A DNA stretch of 64,000 nt. Origin: a bacterium. GTDB lineage: Bacteria > SAR324 > XYD2-FULL-50-16 > G965216635. Of the stretch, positions 38,027 to 47,558 are shown one piece after another. Both the position numbers and the translations under genes were made by a program. Where the stretch lies: assembly GCA_965216635.1 (NCBI GenBank), contig OZ244188.1, forward strand, positions 1,760,001 through 1,824,000, written 5' to 3'. The notes beneath the pieces are model-generated. The model saw only the letters and a list, made by a program, of their open reading frames with translations. It was not told the origin of the DNA and did no database searches. Each line of letters starts with the position of its first letter. Position 1 is the first letter of the stretch.

Positions 38027-38824
38027 ATGAAAAACAAAATTCACCCCACTGCTATCATAGATTCTTCCGCTAAAATAGGCGAGAACGTCACAATAAACCC
38101 TTACGCTATTGTGGGGAAAAATGTATCTGTAGGAAAAGGTTCTATTATCAAAACTCACGCCCACATAGTAGCCAATACAGAAATAGGCAAGCAGAATGTT
38201 ATCGGCAATGGAGCGGTAATAGGTGATTTAGCTCAAGATTTAAGCGTCAACCAACTGAATGAAAGTGATGATACTTGGCTTAAAATAGGAGATAATAATA
38301 CTTTTTTCCCTCATACACTTATTAGCCGTGGAACAGCAAAAGGTAACGGCTGGACTATAATTGGTTCAAACAATGTATTTTTGGGAAAAAGCCATATCGG
38401 ACACGATGTGGTTGTAAAAGATCACTGTACCTTATTACACGCTTCCATGATAGGAGGGCACGCAGAAATAGGAAGCCACGCCTATATAGGCGGGGCTACT
38501 GCGGTTCATCAGCATTGCAGAATAGGAGCATGTGCGATGGTGGGGGCGATGATTTTATTAAAAAAAGATGTGTTACCTTTTTTTTTAGTCGCTGGCAACC
38601 CTGTTTTACACTATAAACTCAACACAGTTGGATTGAAAAGACAAAATTTTTCTGTAGAAAGACTCCAAATCTTAAAACAAGCACACAAACTTTTAAGGCT
38701 TAATATTCACGATTCTCTGAAATCTTTACCCCAAAACGAAGATATTATTAGCCTTATAGAATGGAGAAAAGGCTCTAATCGTGGCATTTATTTTTTTGTA
38801 TCTTCTAAAAAAAATAATGATTGA
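38027..38824 (+). CDS. lpxA: UDP-N-acetylglucosamine acyltransferase
   Basis: IHPTAII, hexapeptide repeats, RGT, HIGHD, VHQ, LNTVGLKR. Confidence 0.9.
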   Translation: MKNKIHPTAIIDSSAKIGENVTINPYAIVGKNVSVGKGSIIKTHAHIVANTEIGKQNVIGNGAVIGDLAQDLSVNQLNESDDTWLKIGDNNTFFPHTLISRGTAKGNGWTIIGSNNVFLGKSHIGHDVVVKDHCTLLHASMIGGHAEIGSHAYIGGATAVHQHCRIGACAMVGAMILLKKDVLPFFLVAGNPVLHYKLNTVGLKRQNFSVERLQILKQAHKLLRLNIHDSLKSLPQNEDIISLIEWRKGSNRGIYFFVSSKKNND

Positions 38825-39131
38825 AAATATTACTAATGCTAATTTCCAAAAAAAAGTTTTGCAGAGTAAGATTTCCGTACTTGTGGATTTCTGGGCGGAG
38901 GGATGCGCACCCTGTAAAGAGATTTCCACAATGCTAGAAAAAATCAATCAAGAGCAAATAGACTCAAAAAAAATTTGTATAGCTAAATTGGATGTAATGC
39001 AAAACCGAGAAATTGCTTTACAATATAAAGTAATGCAGGTTCCTACTCTTATTCTTTTTGAAAAAGGAGAAATTAAGCAAAGAATTGTAGGTGCTGATAA
39101 AAAGACAATTAATAAAATTTTTGAAAAGTGA
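38817..39131 (+). CDS. Thioredoxin
   Basis: VLVDFWAEGCAPCK, VPTLILF. Confidence 0.88.
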   Translation: MIENITNANFQKKVLQSKISVLVDFWAEGCAPCKEISTMLEKINQEQIDSKKICIAKLDVMQNREIALQYKVMQVPTLILFEKGEIKQRIVGADKKTINKIFEK

Positions 39132-39910
39132 ACCAGACAAATTACCAAAAGTTACTCCTCAAAATTTCTTACCACGGAGCCTACTTCCAGGGCTGGCAGA
39201 CTCAATCTAATGGAAATGGAGTGGAAGATAAAATTGCTCTTGCTCTTAAAACACTTTATAAAGAAGAAGTAAAAATTCATTCTGTAAGTCGCACTGATTC
39301 GGGAGTGCACGCCAAAGAGCAGTTAGCGACTGTCGTCGTAAAAAATGAAATGACTCTTGAAAAACTGCTACGTTCTCTAAATGCTTTAACACCTCCGCAA
39401 CTTTCTATTTTTGAAATAATAGCAGTGAGAAATAATTTTAACCTGCGCCAACAAACAAATGGTAAGAAATACTGTTACCAAATTTATAATAGTCCAACTC
39501 CACCTGCTTTGTTTTCAGACTATTACTGGTATGTTCCCCAAAAACTCAATTTGTCCAAAATGAAAAAAGCAGCTCAAGTTTTAGAAGGCACTCACAATTT
39601 TCAGGTTTTTCGCTCTAGTAATTGCGAATCAAAAAATACAAAAAAAACCATTTTTTCTATTCAATGGAAAAAGAAAATTTTGCATCCAGCCAATTTGATT
39701 TCTATTTTTTTTGAAGGTAGCGGATTTTTAAAACAGATGGTAAGAATTATAGTAGGTTGTCTTGTAGAAATAGGGTTAGAAAAACAACATTCTACTCTTT
39801 TAACCGATGCTCTTAAAAATATCAATTCACAACCTTTAAAGTTCAGAGCTCCAGCAAAAGGACTTTTTTTGGAAAAAATTCTTGTAGATTTTCCTAAATT
39901 TTCAACTTAA
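39128..39910 (+). CDS. truA: tRNA pseudouridine(38-40) synthase
   Basis: YHGAYFQGWQ, SRTDSGVHA, GFLKQMVRIIVG, APAKGLFL. Confidence 0.95.
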   Translation: MNQTNYQKLLLKISYHGAYFQGWQTQSNGNGVEDKIALALKTLYKEEVKIHSVSRTDSGVHAKEQLATVVVKNEMTLEKLLRSLNALTPPQLSIFEIIAVRNNFNLRQQTNGKKYCYQIYNSPTPPALFSDYYWYVPQKLNLSKMKKAAQVLEGTHNFQVFRSSNCESKNTKKTIFSIQWKKKILHPANLISIFFEGSGFLKQMVRIIVGCLVEIGLEKQHSTLLTDALKNINSQPLKFRAPAKGLFLEKILVDFPKFST

Positions 39911-39946
39911 ACTTTTCATACTTCCAATCTTTATCTCTATCAAAGA

Positions 39947-41569
39947 ATGTTTAATGATGCTTTACTCCGTGGCTCTGTTCAAAAAATAAAAGAAAGACAA
40001 AATCTTTCTGATTCTGACGCTTTTATTGTCCATTGTCTGACAAAAATACTTCTCATAGAAGAACAGGTTGCTAAAGGTTATATTACAGATGGACCTAATG
40101 ACGGTAATATAGACGCATTTTATTACGAAATAGATGAAGTAGAAAACGAAATTGTACTTTATATTTTAAATTGCAAATATCCCAAAGAAGGTAGTAGTCA
40201 CTCTATAAGTGAAAGAGAGGTTCGCTTGTTATCTGATAGTTTAAGAAAAATCATCAAAGGAGAAACTTTTGCTAATCTTAAAGAAGATATAAAAAAAAAA
40301 TTGGAGGAAATCTCTATTTTAATAGAACAAGGATATAGCTACAGAATGGAAGTTTATTTTATTTGTTCTGGTAGCACTCCCGCCTCTGAATCCGTAAAAG
40401 CACAAGCGCTAAAATTTGAAGATGCAGTAATAGAATATCATTTTTGGTCTTTAGAAGATACTGTCAAAAACCTCAACGGGAAAAAAAGAACTGTTATTTT
40501 GGATATTCAAAAAGAAAGAATGAAATTTCAAATTGAAGATGCGGATATGAAATCTATGGTAGCTGTTTTACCAGCGGCGAGCGTTATCAAACTTTACGAA
40601 GAAGGGGGTAAAGATAGAATCTTGGATCAAAATGTCCGCGGTTACTTAGGTAGTAATAGCATCAATAAAAAAATCATTGAATCTGCTAACCACTCAAACG
40701 AGCTAGCGAATTATTTTTTGATTTTTAATAATGGTATTTCTGTAGTTTGTGATTTTTATGAAACTATAGAATTTTCAGGAATAACCCAATTAAAAATAGA
40801 AAACCCACAAATCATCAATGGAGGACAAACCACAAAGGCGCTTTATTCTCTCAAAGAGGGCAACAACCTTTCTGAAAAAATATCTGTATTTGCAAGAATA
40901 TATGAAACAAGAAAAGAAGAGTTAATTGACAAAATCAGGGAAAGCACAAACACTCAAAATAGCATTTCGTTAAGAGATTTAAAATCTACCCACAGCGTGC
41001 AGAAAAGAGTAAAAGAATATTTTGGAAATAAAGGAGTTTTTTTAGATATCAAAAGAGAGCGTAATGCACGAGAGAAAGAAAAATATCAAGAATCTATTCT
41101 TAACGATACTTTATTACAGGCTTATGTCTCTTTTTATAAAGATTTACCCCATAGAGCAAAATCTAGTAGAGCTTGGGTTTTTAAAAAATATTTTGATGAA
41201 GTTTTTACCGAAAACACAAGCGATAAATTATTAAAAGAACTTTATCTGAGTTACCAGATATGGAGGTTTTGTCTATTAAAAGAGGAGGAAGAAAAGGATA
41301 TTGCCAAGAGGCTTTTACTACAATATGGAAGCTATACAATTATTTATACTATGGGACAAATAGAACCTAAAATAAAAAAAATAGATATAGTAAAAGAAAA
41401 AAAATCATTAAAAGATTTTGCAGGTATAAACGAAATTCATAAGAAAACTGTAGCCTTAATCCAAGAGTTAGTTCAAGCAGAACAAAAAAGATTACAAGCA
41501 TCCTATTCGCATAATAATTTTTTTAAAAGCACAGAAATATTGGTTTTAATCAATCAAAAAATTACCTAA
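39947..41569 (+). CDS. AIPR family protein
   Basis: ITDGPNDGNID, NVRGYLG..IN, FNNGISVVC, QIINGGQTT, TNTQN. Confidence 0.9.
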   Translation: MFNDALLRGSVQKIKERQNLSDSDAFIVHCLTKILLIEEQVAKGYITDGPNDGNIDAFYYEIDEVENEIVLYILNCKYPKEGSSHSISEREVRLLSDSLRKIIKGETFANLKEDIKKKLEEISILIEQGYSYRMEVYFICSGSTPASESVKAQALKFEDAVIEYHFWSLEDTVKNLNGKKRTVILDIQKERMKFQIEDADMKSMVAVLPAASVIKLYEEGGKDRILDQNVRGYLGSNSINKKIIESANHSNELANYFLIFNNGISVVCDFYETIEFSGITQLKIENPQIINGGQTTKALYSLKEGNNLSEKISVFARIYETRKEELIDKIRESTNTQNSISLRDLKSTHSVQKRVKEYFGNKGVFLDIKRERNAREKEKYQESILNDTLLQAYVSFYKDLPHRAKSSRAWVFKKYFDEVFTENTSDKLLKELYLSYQIWRFCLLKEEEEKDIAKRLLLQYGSYTIIYTMGQIEPKIKKIDIVKEKKSLKDFAGINEIHKKTVALIQELVQAEQKRLQASYSHNNFFKSTEILVLINQKIT

Positions 41570-41576
41570 TAAATAT

Positions 41577-42488
41577 ATGAAAGATTACAATAGAGATTTA
41601 GTAGGCTATGGCGAAAATCCTCCCCAAATTCAGTGGAAAGACAGAGCCAAAATAGCAGTGCAGTTTGTAATAAACTACGAAGAAGGTGGAGAAAATTGCA
41701 TTTTGCACGGAGACAAAGCATCCGAAAAATTCCTATCGGAAATAGTCGGAGTGGAGGCTAGAGAAGGTGTTCGCCATATGAATATGGAATCTATCTATGA
41801 GTATGGCAGCCGTGCTGGTTTTTGGAGGCTTTTTCGCATGTTTAAAGATAGAGCGCTTCCTATAACTATTTTTGGAGTGGCTACTGCTATGGAGAAAAAT
41901 CCAGCTCCCATAGAAGCTGCTTTGAAAGAAAATTGGGAGATTGCAAGCCACGGTTATCGCTGGATTGAATACCAGTATTTTAGCAAAACCGAAGAACGAG
42001 AACATTTTGAAAAAGCAATAGAAATCCACAAACGAATAACGGGAGACCGTCCTAAAGGCTGGTATACAGGACGCACAAGTCCCTATTCCCGAGTGCTCAC
42101 AGCAGAAGATGGCGGTTTTTTGTATAACGCAGATAGCTACGCCGATGATTTGCCCTATTGGGAAAAATTACCCAACTGCGAAGCTCAATTAATAGTGCCT
42201 TACACTTTAGATAGTAATGATATGAGATTTGCAACTCCACAAGGTTTTAATAGCGGTGAACAGTTTTACACTTACTTAAAGGACGCTTTTGACCTGCTTT
42301 ACCAAGAAGGCGAAACCATTCCTAAAATGCTATCTGTCGGACTGCACTGTCGCCTTGTAGGCAGACCTGCTAGAGCGGTTGCTTTAGCTCGTTTTTTGGA
42401 TTATATTTTATCTAAAAAAGATGTTTGGATTTGTCGCCGTTCTGATATTGCAAAATGCTGGCGCAAACAATTTCCTTTTTTATCTTAG
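41577..42488 (+). CDS. puuE: Allantoinase PuuE
   Basis: RDLVGYG, NYEEGGE, ESIYEYGSRAG, GWYTGR, LHCRLVGRP. Confidence 0.95.
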   Translation: MKDYNRDLVGYGENPPQIQWKDRAKIAVQFVINYEEGGENCILHGDKASEKFLSEIVGVEAREGVRHMNMESIYEYGSRAGFWRLFRMFKDRALPITIFGVATAMEKNPAPIEAALKENWEIASHGYRWIEYQYFSKTEEREHFEKAIEIHKRITGDRPKGWYTGRTSPYSRVLTAEDGGFLYNADSYADDLPYWEKLPNCEAQLIVPYTLDSNDMRFATPQGFNSGEQFYTYLKDAFDLLYQEGETIPKMLSVGLHCRLVGRPARAVALARFLDYILSKKDVWICRRSDIAKCWRKQFPFLS

Positions 42489-42510
42489 AGACTGTTAAAA
42501 AAACCACTGG

Positions 42511-42744
42511 CTTTAGCATTATAGGAAAGCTAGACAAGGCGCGAAAAAATTTTTTAGCTCGTAGGAATGTGTAAGTATTTCAAGAGTTAAAAAATTTTTT
42601 CAATGGCGTAGTGCAACGCATTACAAAACTTAAAGCTAACACAATATAGACTGCAAAAGCTCCAGTGGGGCTTTTGCTAAAGCCTGTATAAAGTGAAAGC
42701 AATAAGCTTGTTTTGGCTAAACAGAATGCAAATTCAAAAGCCTA
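42511..42744. repeat. Palindromic MITE-like element
   Basis: ACAAGGCGCG..GTAGGAAT..TATTTCAAG core; right end ggctaaacagaatgcaaattcaaaagccta. Confidence 0.8.
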
Positions 42745-42756
42745 TATTAATTACAA

Positions 42757-43938
42757 ATGAATATAACTTCCTTTAATCCTCCCCAAAGAAAACTTATGGG
42801 ACCCGGACCTTCGGATATTTCTCCGAGAGTCCTTTCTGCTTTGTCACGCCCAACTTTGGGTCATTTAGATCCCTTATTTATTAAGATGATGGACGAAACA
42901 AAGCTTTTAATGAAATACGCTTTTCAGACTAAAAATCCATTTACTTTACCTATTTCCGCACCTGGTTCTGCAGGTATGGAATTTTGCATTGTCAACCTAC
43001 TAGAGAGAGGAGATAAAGCCGTTGTTTGTCGCAATGGAGCTTTTGGCGTGCGTTTGACAGAAAATATTCAAAGAGCTGGAGCAACAGCTATTCTAGTGGA
43101 TGATGATTGGGGCGAACCCGTTAGTTTGGAAAAAGTAGAAAAGGCTTTGTCGGAAAATCCAGATACAAAATTACTAGCTTTTGTGCATGCAGAGACCTCT
43201 ACAGGAGTTAAGTCTGATGCAAAAAATTTAGTCGCACTCGCTAAGAAAAAAGACATTTTAACGGTGGTAGATTGCGTGACTTCCCTAGGAGGAATCCCGT
43301 TGGAAATAGATAGCTGGGGCATAGATGCTGCTTATTCTGGTTCACAAAAATGTTTATCCATTCCACCTGGGTTATCTCCTGTCACTATGAGTCCTAATGC
43401 TGTAAAAAAAATTTCACAAAGGAAACAAAAGGTGCAGAGTTGGTTTTTGGATGCCAATCTTTTAACGGGTTATTGGGGGAAATCCGATACTTCAACTCGT
43501 TCGTATCACCATACTGCTCCTATCAATAGTCTTTATGGAATGCACGAAGGTTTGATTCTTCTACAAGAAGAAGGATTATCTGCTTCTTTTGAAAGACACC
43601 AAAAAATGCACTTGGCACTAGTAGCAGGAATCGAGGCAATAGGCTTAAAAATGCTAGTTTCTGAAAATGCACGACTGCCCCAGTTAAATTCTATAGTCAT
43701 TCCAGAATCTGTGGACGAAGCAAGGGTGAGAAAAATACTTTTGGAAGAGCACCAATTAGAAATCGGAGCAGGGTTGGGACCTCTCGCTGGAAAAATTTGG
43801 CGAATTGGTCTTATGGGATATACAGCAAGAAAAGAAAATGTGCTTTACTGTTTAGATGCTTTAGAAAATGTATTAGCAAAATTAGATGCACCTATTGAAA
43901 AAAATCAAGCAGTAGCTGCCGCAGAAAAATTATTGTAA
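42757..43938 (+). CDS. Alanine/ureidoglycine-glyoxylate aminotransferase (class V, PucG-like)
   Basis: MGPGPS, HAETSTG, SGSQKCLS (PLP Lys), YHHTAP, WRIGLMG. Confidence 0.9.
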   Translation: MNITSFNPPQRKLMGPGPSDISPRVLSALSRPTLGHLDPLFIKMMDETKLLMKYAFQTKNPFTLPISAPGSAGMEFCIVNLLERGDKAVVCRNGAFGVRLTENIQRAGATAILVDDDWGEPVSLEKVEKALSENPDTKLLAFVHAETSTGVKSDAKNLVALAKKKDILTVVDCVTSLGGIPLEIDSWGIDAAYSGSQKCLSIPPGLSPVTMSPNAVKKISQRKQKVQSWFLDANLLTGYWGKSDTSTRSYHHTAPINSLYGMHEGLILLQEEGLSASFERHQKMHLALVAGIEAIGLKMLVSENARLPQLNSIVIPESVDEARVRKILLEEHQLEIGAGLGPLAGKIWRIGLMGYTARKENVLYCLDALENVLAKLDAPIEKNQAVAAAEKLL

Positions 43939-43973
43939 ATGGTGGAGGTATTAAAATATCGCATTGGACATTT

Positions 43974-44129
43974 TTATCTTTTTTTCCACTTAATGTGCCC
44001 ATTAATATCGTGCATTTCAAATACTTCTAAAATATTCACACAAAAATTTTTTACTTTCTTATCTCCTGTAGTTTCAGCTAATCTGTGTAGACGAATAAAC
44101 ATTTTTTTGGCTGTTTCTGTTTGGTTATA
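43974..44129 (-). pseudogene. Possible C-terminal gene fragment truncated at a MITE end
   Basis: Open frame ...KKMFIRLHRLAETTGDKKVKNFCVNILEVFEMHDINGHIKWKKR* abuts the TIR at 44131; family not recognised. Confidence 0.3.
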
Positions 44130-44130
44130 A

Positions 44131-44250
44131 TAGACCTTTGAATTTGTGTTATGTGACGGCTAGGCAAGGCGAAAAAAAAAAATTTTAACTCTTGAAATAC
44201 TCTCTTACCCGCATAAGATAAGGTAACGGATAGTAAAAGAGCCACTTTAG
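44131..44250. repeat. Left part of a palindromic element
   Basis: tagacctttgaattt..tgtgacggctagGCAAGGCG..TTGAAATA..gtaaaagagccact. Confidence 0.8.
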
Positions 44251-44288
44251 TAATTTTTTCAGTGATTTTTTTTAGGATGAGGGTCATT

Positions 44289-44966
44289 TTATTTTTTTTG
44301 TATTAAAAGAGATTTCAAATCATCAATAAAATGTTCAAACATTTTTACTTTATTACTTTCTTCAATTTTGGACTCACTTAAAACATAGCTTCCGTCTAAA
44401 TCTATCTCAACAATTGCGCGTGCTTTTTTAGCAGGATTTTTTGTAGTTAGTGTTCCATCTTCATCTGGTGTGATGAAATAAACTTGAATATGCTTTGTGG
44501 CTTTATCTGCATACAATTTTGCTTTCCAATAACCTGTCTGCGCAATTCTTTCTCGCAAAGTCACCTTACTAGATAATACTGCTACCACTCTACTTGTTTT
44601 TGGCTTGTAAATAACTATATCAATATCCGGAAGGTGACATCCAAATTCTCCATAATCAACAAGCAAATTTCTTTTTACTAAACTTAGGTTTTTAGATAAA
44701 TTTTCTACTTTTGTTCTTTCTAAAATATTTCCATTCACAATTTCTAATCCCAATTCTCGCACTTCATTTTTTATAATATACTCTATTAACTTCTCTAAAT
44801 TTTTACCTTTGAAAGAACGCCAAGACTGTTCCGAATCTTCTCCCTTAAAATCTTTTTTGTGTTGTTCTTTAGCTTCCCTCAAAAGTTTAGATATTTGCCT
44901 ATAAGCATATTCTCCATATATTTTTTTTTTGATTTCATAAAGTTTTATTAAGTCTACTATAGTCAT
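44289..44966 (-). CDS. BsaWI-like type II restriction endonuclease
   Basis: EQSWRSFKGKNLE, PDIDIV, SSKVTLRERIAQTGYWK (PD..K..RER type). Confidence 0.82.
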   Translation of the reverse strand: MTIVDLIKLYEIKKKIYGEYAYRQISKLLREAKEQHKKDFKGEDSEQSWRSFKGKNLEKLIEYIIKNEVRELGLEIVNGNILERTKVENLSKNLSLVKRNLLVDYGEFGCHLPDIDIVIYKPKTSRVVAVLSSKVTLRERIAQTGYWKAKLYADKATKHIQVYFITPDEDGTLTTKNPAKKARAIVEIDLDGSYVLSESKIEESNKVKMFEHFIDDLKSLLIQKK

Positions 44967-46351
44967 TATTTTTTCACTATTAAAATATATTCTGTAGGAT
45001 AAGCATAAACTTTATTTTCATCTGTAATAGATGCAAATCTACCTGTTTTTTCATTTCTTGTAGAAGGTAAATTTTTGGAAGGAATTTCTCTTTGGATAAT
45101 GTCTTCTACCTCAAAGCCTAAGTTGAGTAACTGTTCCAAAAAAACCTCTGCATTAAAAATTTCTACACCTCTCAATTTTGTATTACCTATAACAATACAA
45201 ACGTTTCCTTCTTTCTGTAGTACTCTTTTCATTTCTATAAAAACCTGATTCATTTCACAAAAATAATTTACTACTCCAGTAGCTATTTTTTTATTTTTTG
45301 GAAGAAGTTCTAAATATATTTTTTCAGCAATCAAACTGTTTAAATCATTGTTTTGGATTTCTTGATAAGCAGAGCCGATAAATCTTTGACGGAAATTTTT
45401 TAGATCATCTGTATAGTTAAACCAAAATGCTGAAAGTTGGTGCATATCTGCGTATTCATAAGAAGTGACATAAGGAGGGGAGGTTACAATTAGCTTGACG
45501 GTTTCATTTTCTAAAGGAATTGTTTTTGCGTCAGCACAACGAACAAGACAATTTGTTTGAATGCAATCTTTTTCTTTGACAAGCTCGTAAAAACTAGCAT
45601 TGTTTTTTATCATTGATTTAGCTTGTTTTAAAAATACGGATAAAGGTTCAGCCGTTTTTTTTTCAAAATCTCTTATAGGTTTATTGCTTTTTTGCATCCA
45701 AATAGAGCAATTTTTTAAAATATTAGAAAAGGCACAATAAAAGAAATTTTTACAATCCTTATTGTTTAACTTTGAAATTTCGTTAAAAATAAAGGCAAGT
45801 TTTTTTTTATTCTCTTTAGAAAACCAGTAATCTATTCTTTCATTTTTTATTTCTAATTCTTTGGATTTATCGGGTTCTTTTTTGATTTCTGATAAATTTT
45901 CATCATCTACAAGAGAAAACAAGGAAAGAGGTGAGGGCTGATTATCTTTACTCTGGTTTGCTATTTTGGATTGAATAAAAAGAAAATTTTTTTCGAGTTT
46001 ACTGGGTTCTATAGGTGTTATTTTTGTTTGAGAAATAAGGGTAGCAACTGGATTGATGTCTAGTCCTACTGCTTTTCTACCCATTACTTTTGCTTCTAAC
46101 AGAGTTGTGCCACTACCAACAAAAGGATCTAAAACCAAGTCTTCTTTTTTACTATATTTTTCAACCAAGCGAGAAACGATTTGAGGGATAAATTTCGCAG
46201 GATAGCGATGGTAACCGTGGCTAATGTAGGTGGTATCTTTCCTAGTTTTATCTGCAAAAGACCAAGAATAATCTATTTTTTTCCTTGAAAACAAGTCTAT
46301 AATTTGTTGTTCAATATCAATAGCAACTTTCTCTTTTAAGGCGAGAGCCAT
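44966..46351 (-). CDS. N4-cytosine DNA methyltransferase
   Basis: HGYHRYPAKF, LDPFVGSGTT, VTSPPY. Confidence 0.88.
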   Translation of the reverse strand: MALALKEKVAIDIEQQIIDLFSRKKIDYSWSFADKTRKDTTYISHGYHRYPAKFIPQIVSRLVEKYSKKEDLVLDPFVGSGTTLLEAKVMGRKAVGLDINPVATLISQTKITPIEPSKLEKNFLFIQSKIANQSKDNQPSPLSLFSLVDDENLSEIKKEPDKSKELEIKNERIDYWFSKENKKKLAFIFNEISKLNNKDCKNFFYCAFSNILKNCSIWMQKSNKPIRDFEKKTAEPLSVFLKQAKSMIKNNASFYELVKEKDCIQTNCLVRCADAKTIPLENETVKLIVTSPPYVTSYEYADMHQLSAFWFNYTDDLKNFRQRFIGSAYQEIQNNDLNSLIAEKIYLELLPKNKKIATGVVNYFCEMNQVFIEMKRVLQKEGNVCIVIGNTKLRGVEIFNAEVFLEQLLNLGFEVEDIIQREIPSKNLPSTRNEKTGRFASITDENKVYAYPTEYILIVKK

Positions 46352-46414
46352 TTTATTTTTTTTGTATTAAAAGAGATTTCAAATCATCAATAAAATATTC
46401 AAACATTTTTACTT
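46349..46414. repeat. 66-bp copy of the endonuclease 3' end upstream of the MTase
   Basis: Matches 44285-44350 with one mismatch. Confidence 0.92.
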
Positions 46415-46452
46415 AGGCGAAGGTCTCACTAATTCAAAGGTCTCCTTTTTAC

Positions 46453-47553
46453 TTAAAATACTTTTTTAAGGCGATTTATATCAGCTAGAGCATAGCTCAT
46501 CAACTGGTCTGCAACAACTAAATTGAGCATAGCCTCTACAATCGGTACAGCACGAGGTAAAACACAGGGATCGTGTCTTCCTTGAGCTTTAAAAAAAATA
46601 GGTTTAAAATTTTTATCTAAAGTAGCCTGTTCCTTGGCAATAGTAGCTGTAGGTTTAAAAGCAACTTTCCCATAAATCATTTCTCCATTACTAATACCAC
46701 CAACAATTCCTCCAGCTCTATTACTATTGGTTTTTGGCTTTCCTTTGTTTAGCCCTATTGTATCATTATGTTGTGAGCCTTTCATAGAGCTCGCTTCACT
46801 GCCTATACCCATTTCAAAAGAACGACAGGCGCCTACAGAAAGTAATGCTTGCCCTATATCTGTGCTTAATTTTTTAAATACAGGGGCGCCTACTCCCGCT
46901 ATCAAGTTTGTTATTCTAAAACCTATTTTGCCACCAAGGCTATCGCCTTCTTTTTTAATTTGTTTAATTTCTTCTTCCATTAGTGCTGCTTTTTTTTTAT
47001 CAGGACATCGGATTGGATTAGCCTCTATTTTTTTCAAAGATACATTAGCGGGATCCATTTTAGCCTCTATTTTTCCTACTTGTTCTACCCAAGCTAAAGT
47101 CTCTGTTTGGCAAAGTTCATAAATTAATTTTTTAGCAACCGCACCTGCTGCTACTCTAGCCACTGTCTCTCTATTACTAGCTCTGCCACCGCCTCGCCAA
47201 TCGCGAATGCCAAATCGGGCTTGATAGGTAAAATCTGCGTGACTAGGACGAAAAAGATTTTTTAGTTTGCTATAAGCCTTAGACCTTGCGTCTTTGTTTT
47301 TAAGAATTAATGCTATAGGAGAACCTAAAGTCGTTCCATTGAAAACTCCCGACAAAATCTGCACTTTGTCTGTTTCTTTACGACTTGTGGTAAATTTACT
47401 TTGTCCGGGTCTTCTTCTATCTAGTTCTTTTTGGATAAAAGCCGCATCTATTTTTAGCCCTGCTGGACAGCCATCTATCACAACCCCTAACCCATCTCCA
47501 TGAGATTCTCCAAAGGTAGATATACAAAAATTTTTTCCAAAAATATTAGACAT
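46453..47553 (-). CDS. aroC: Chorismate synthase
   Basis: TFGESHG, RRRPGQ, RPSHAD, GGGRAS.RE, GRHDPC. Confidence 0.97.
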   Translation of the reverse strand: MSNIFGKNFCISTFGESHGDGLGVVIDGCPAGLKIDAAFIQKELDRRRPGQSKFTTSRKETDKVQILSGVFNGTTLGSPIALILKNKDARSKAYSKLKNLFRPSHADFTYQARFGIRDWRGGGRASNRETVARVAAGAVAKKLIYELCQTETLAWVEQVGKIEAKMDPANVSLKKIEANPIRCPDKKKAALMEEEIKQIKKEGDSLGGKIGFRITNLIAGVGAPVFKKLSTDIGQALLSVGACRSFEMGIGSEASSMKGSQHNDTIGLNKGKPKTNSNRAGGIVGGISNGEMIYGKVAFKPTATIAKEQATLDKNFKPIFFKAQGRHDPCVLPRAVPIVEAMLNLVVADQLMSYALADINRLKKVF

Positions 47554-47558
47554 GTTGT

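Noticed and set aside
3578..44250. Integron attC sites
   Set aside because: Hairpins lack consistent RYYYAAC/GTTRRRY ends, follow core genes in both orientations, and there is no IntI
44078..44287. 69-aa ORF as a real gene
   Set aside because: Reads mostly through the palindromic element
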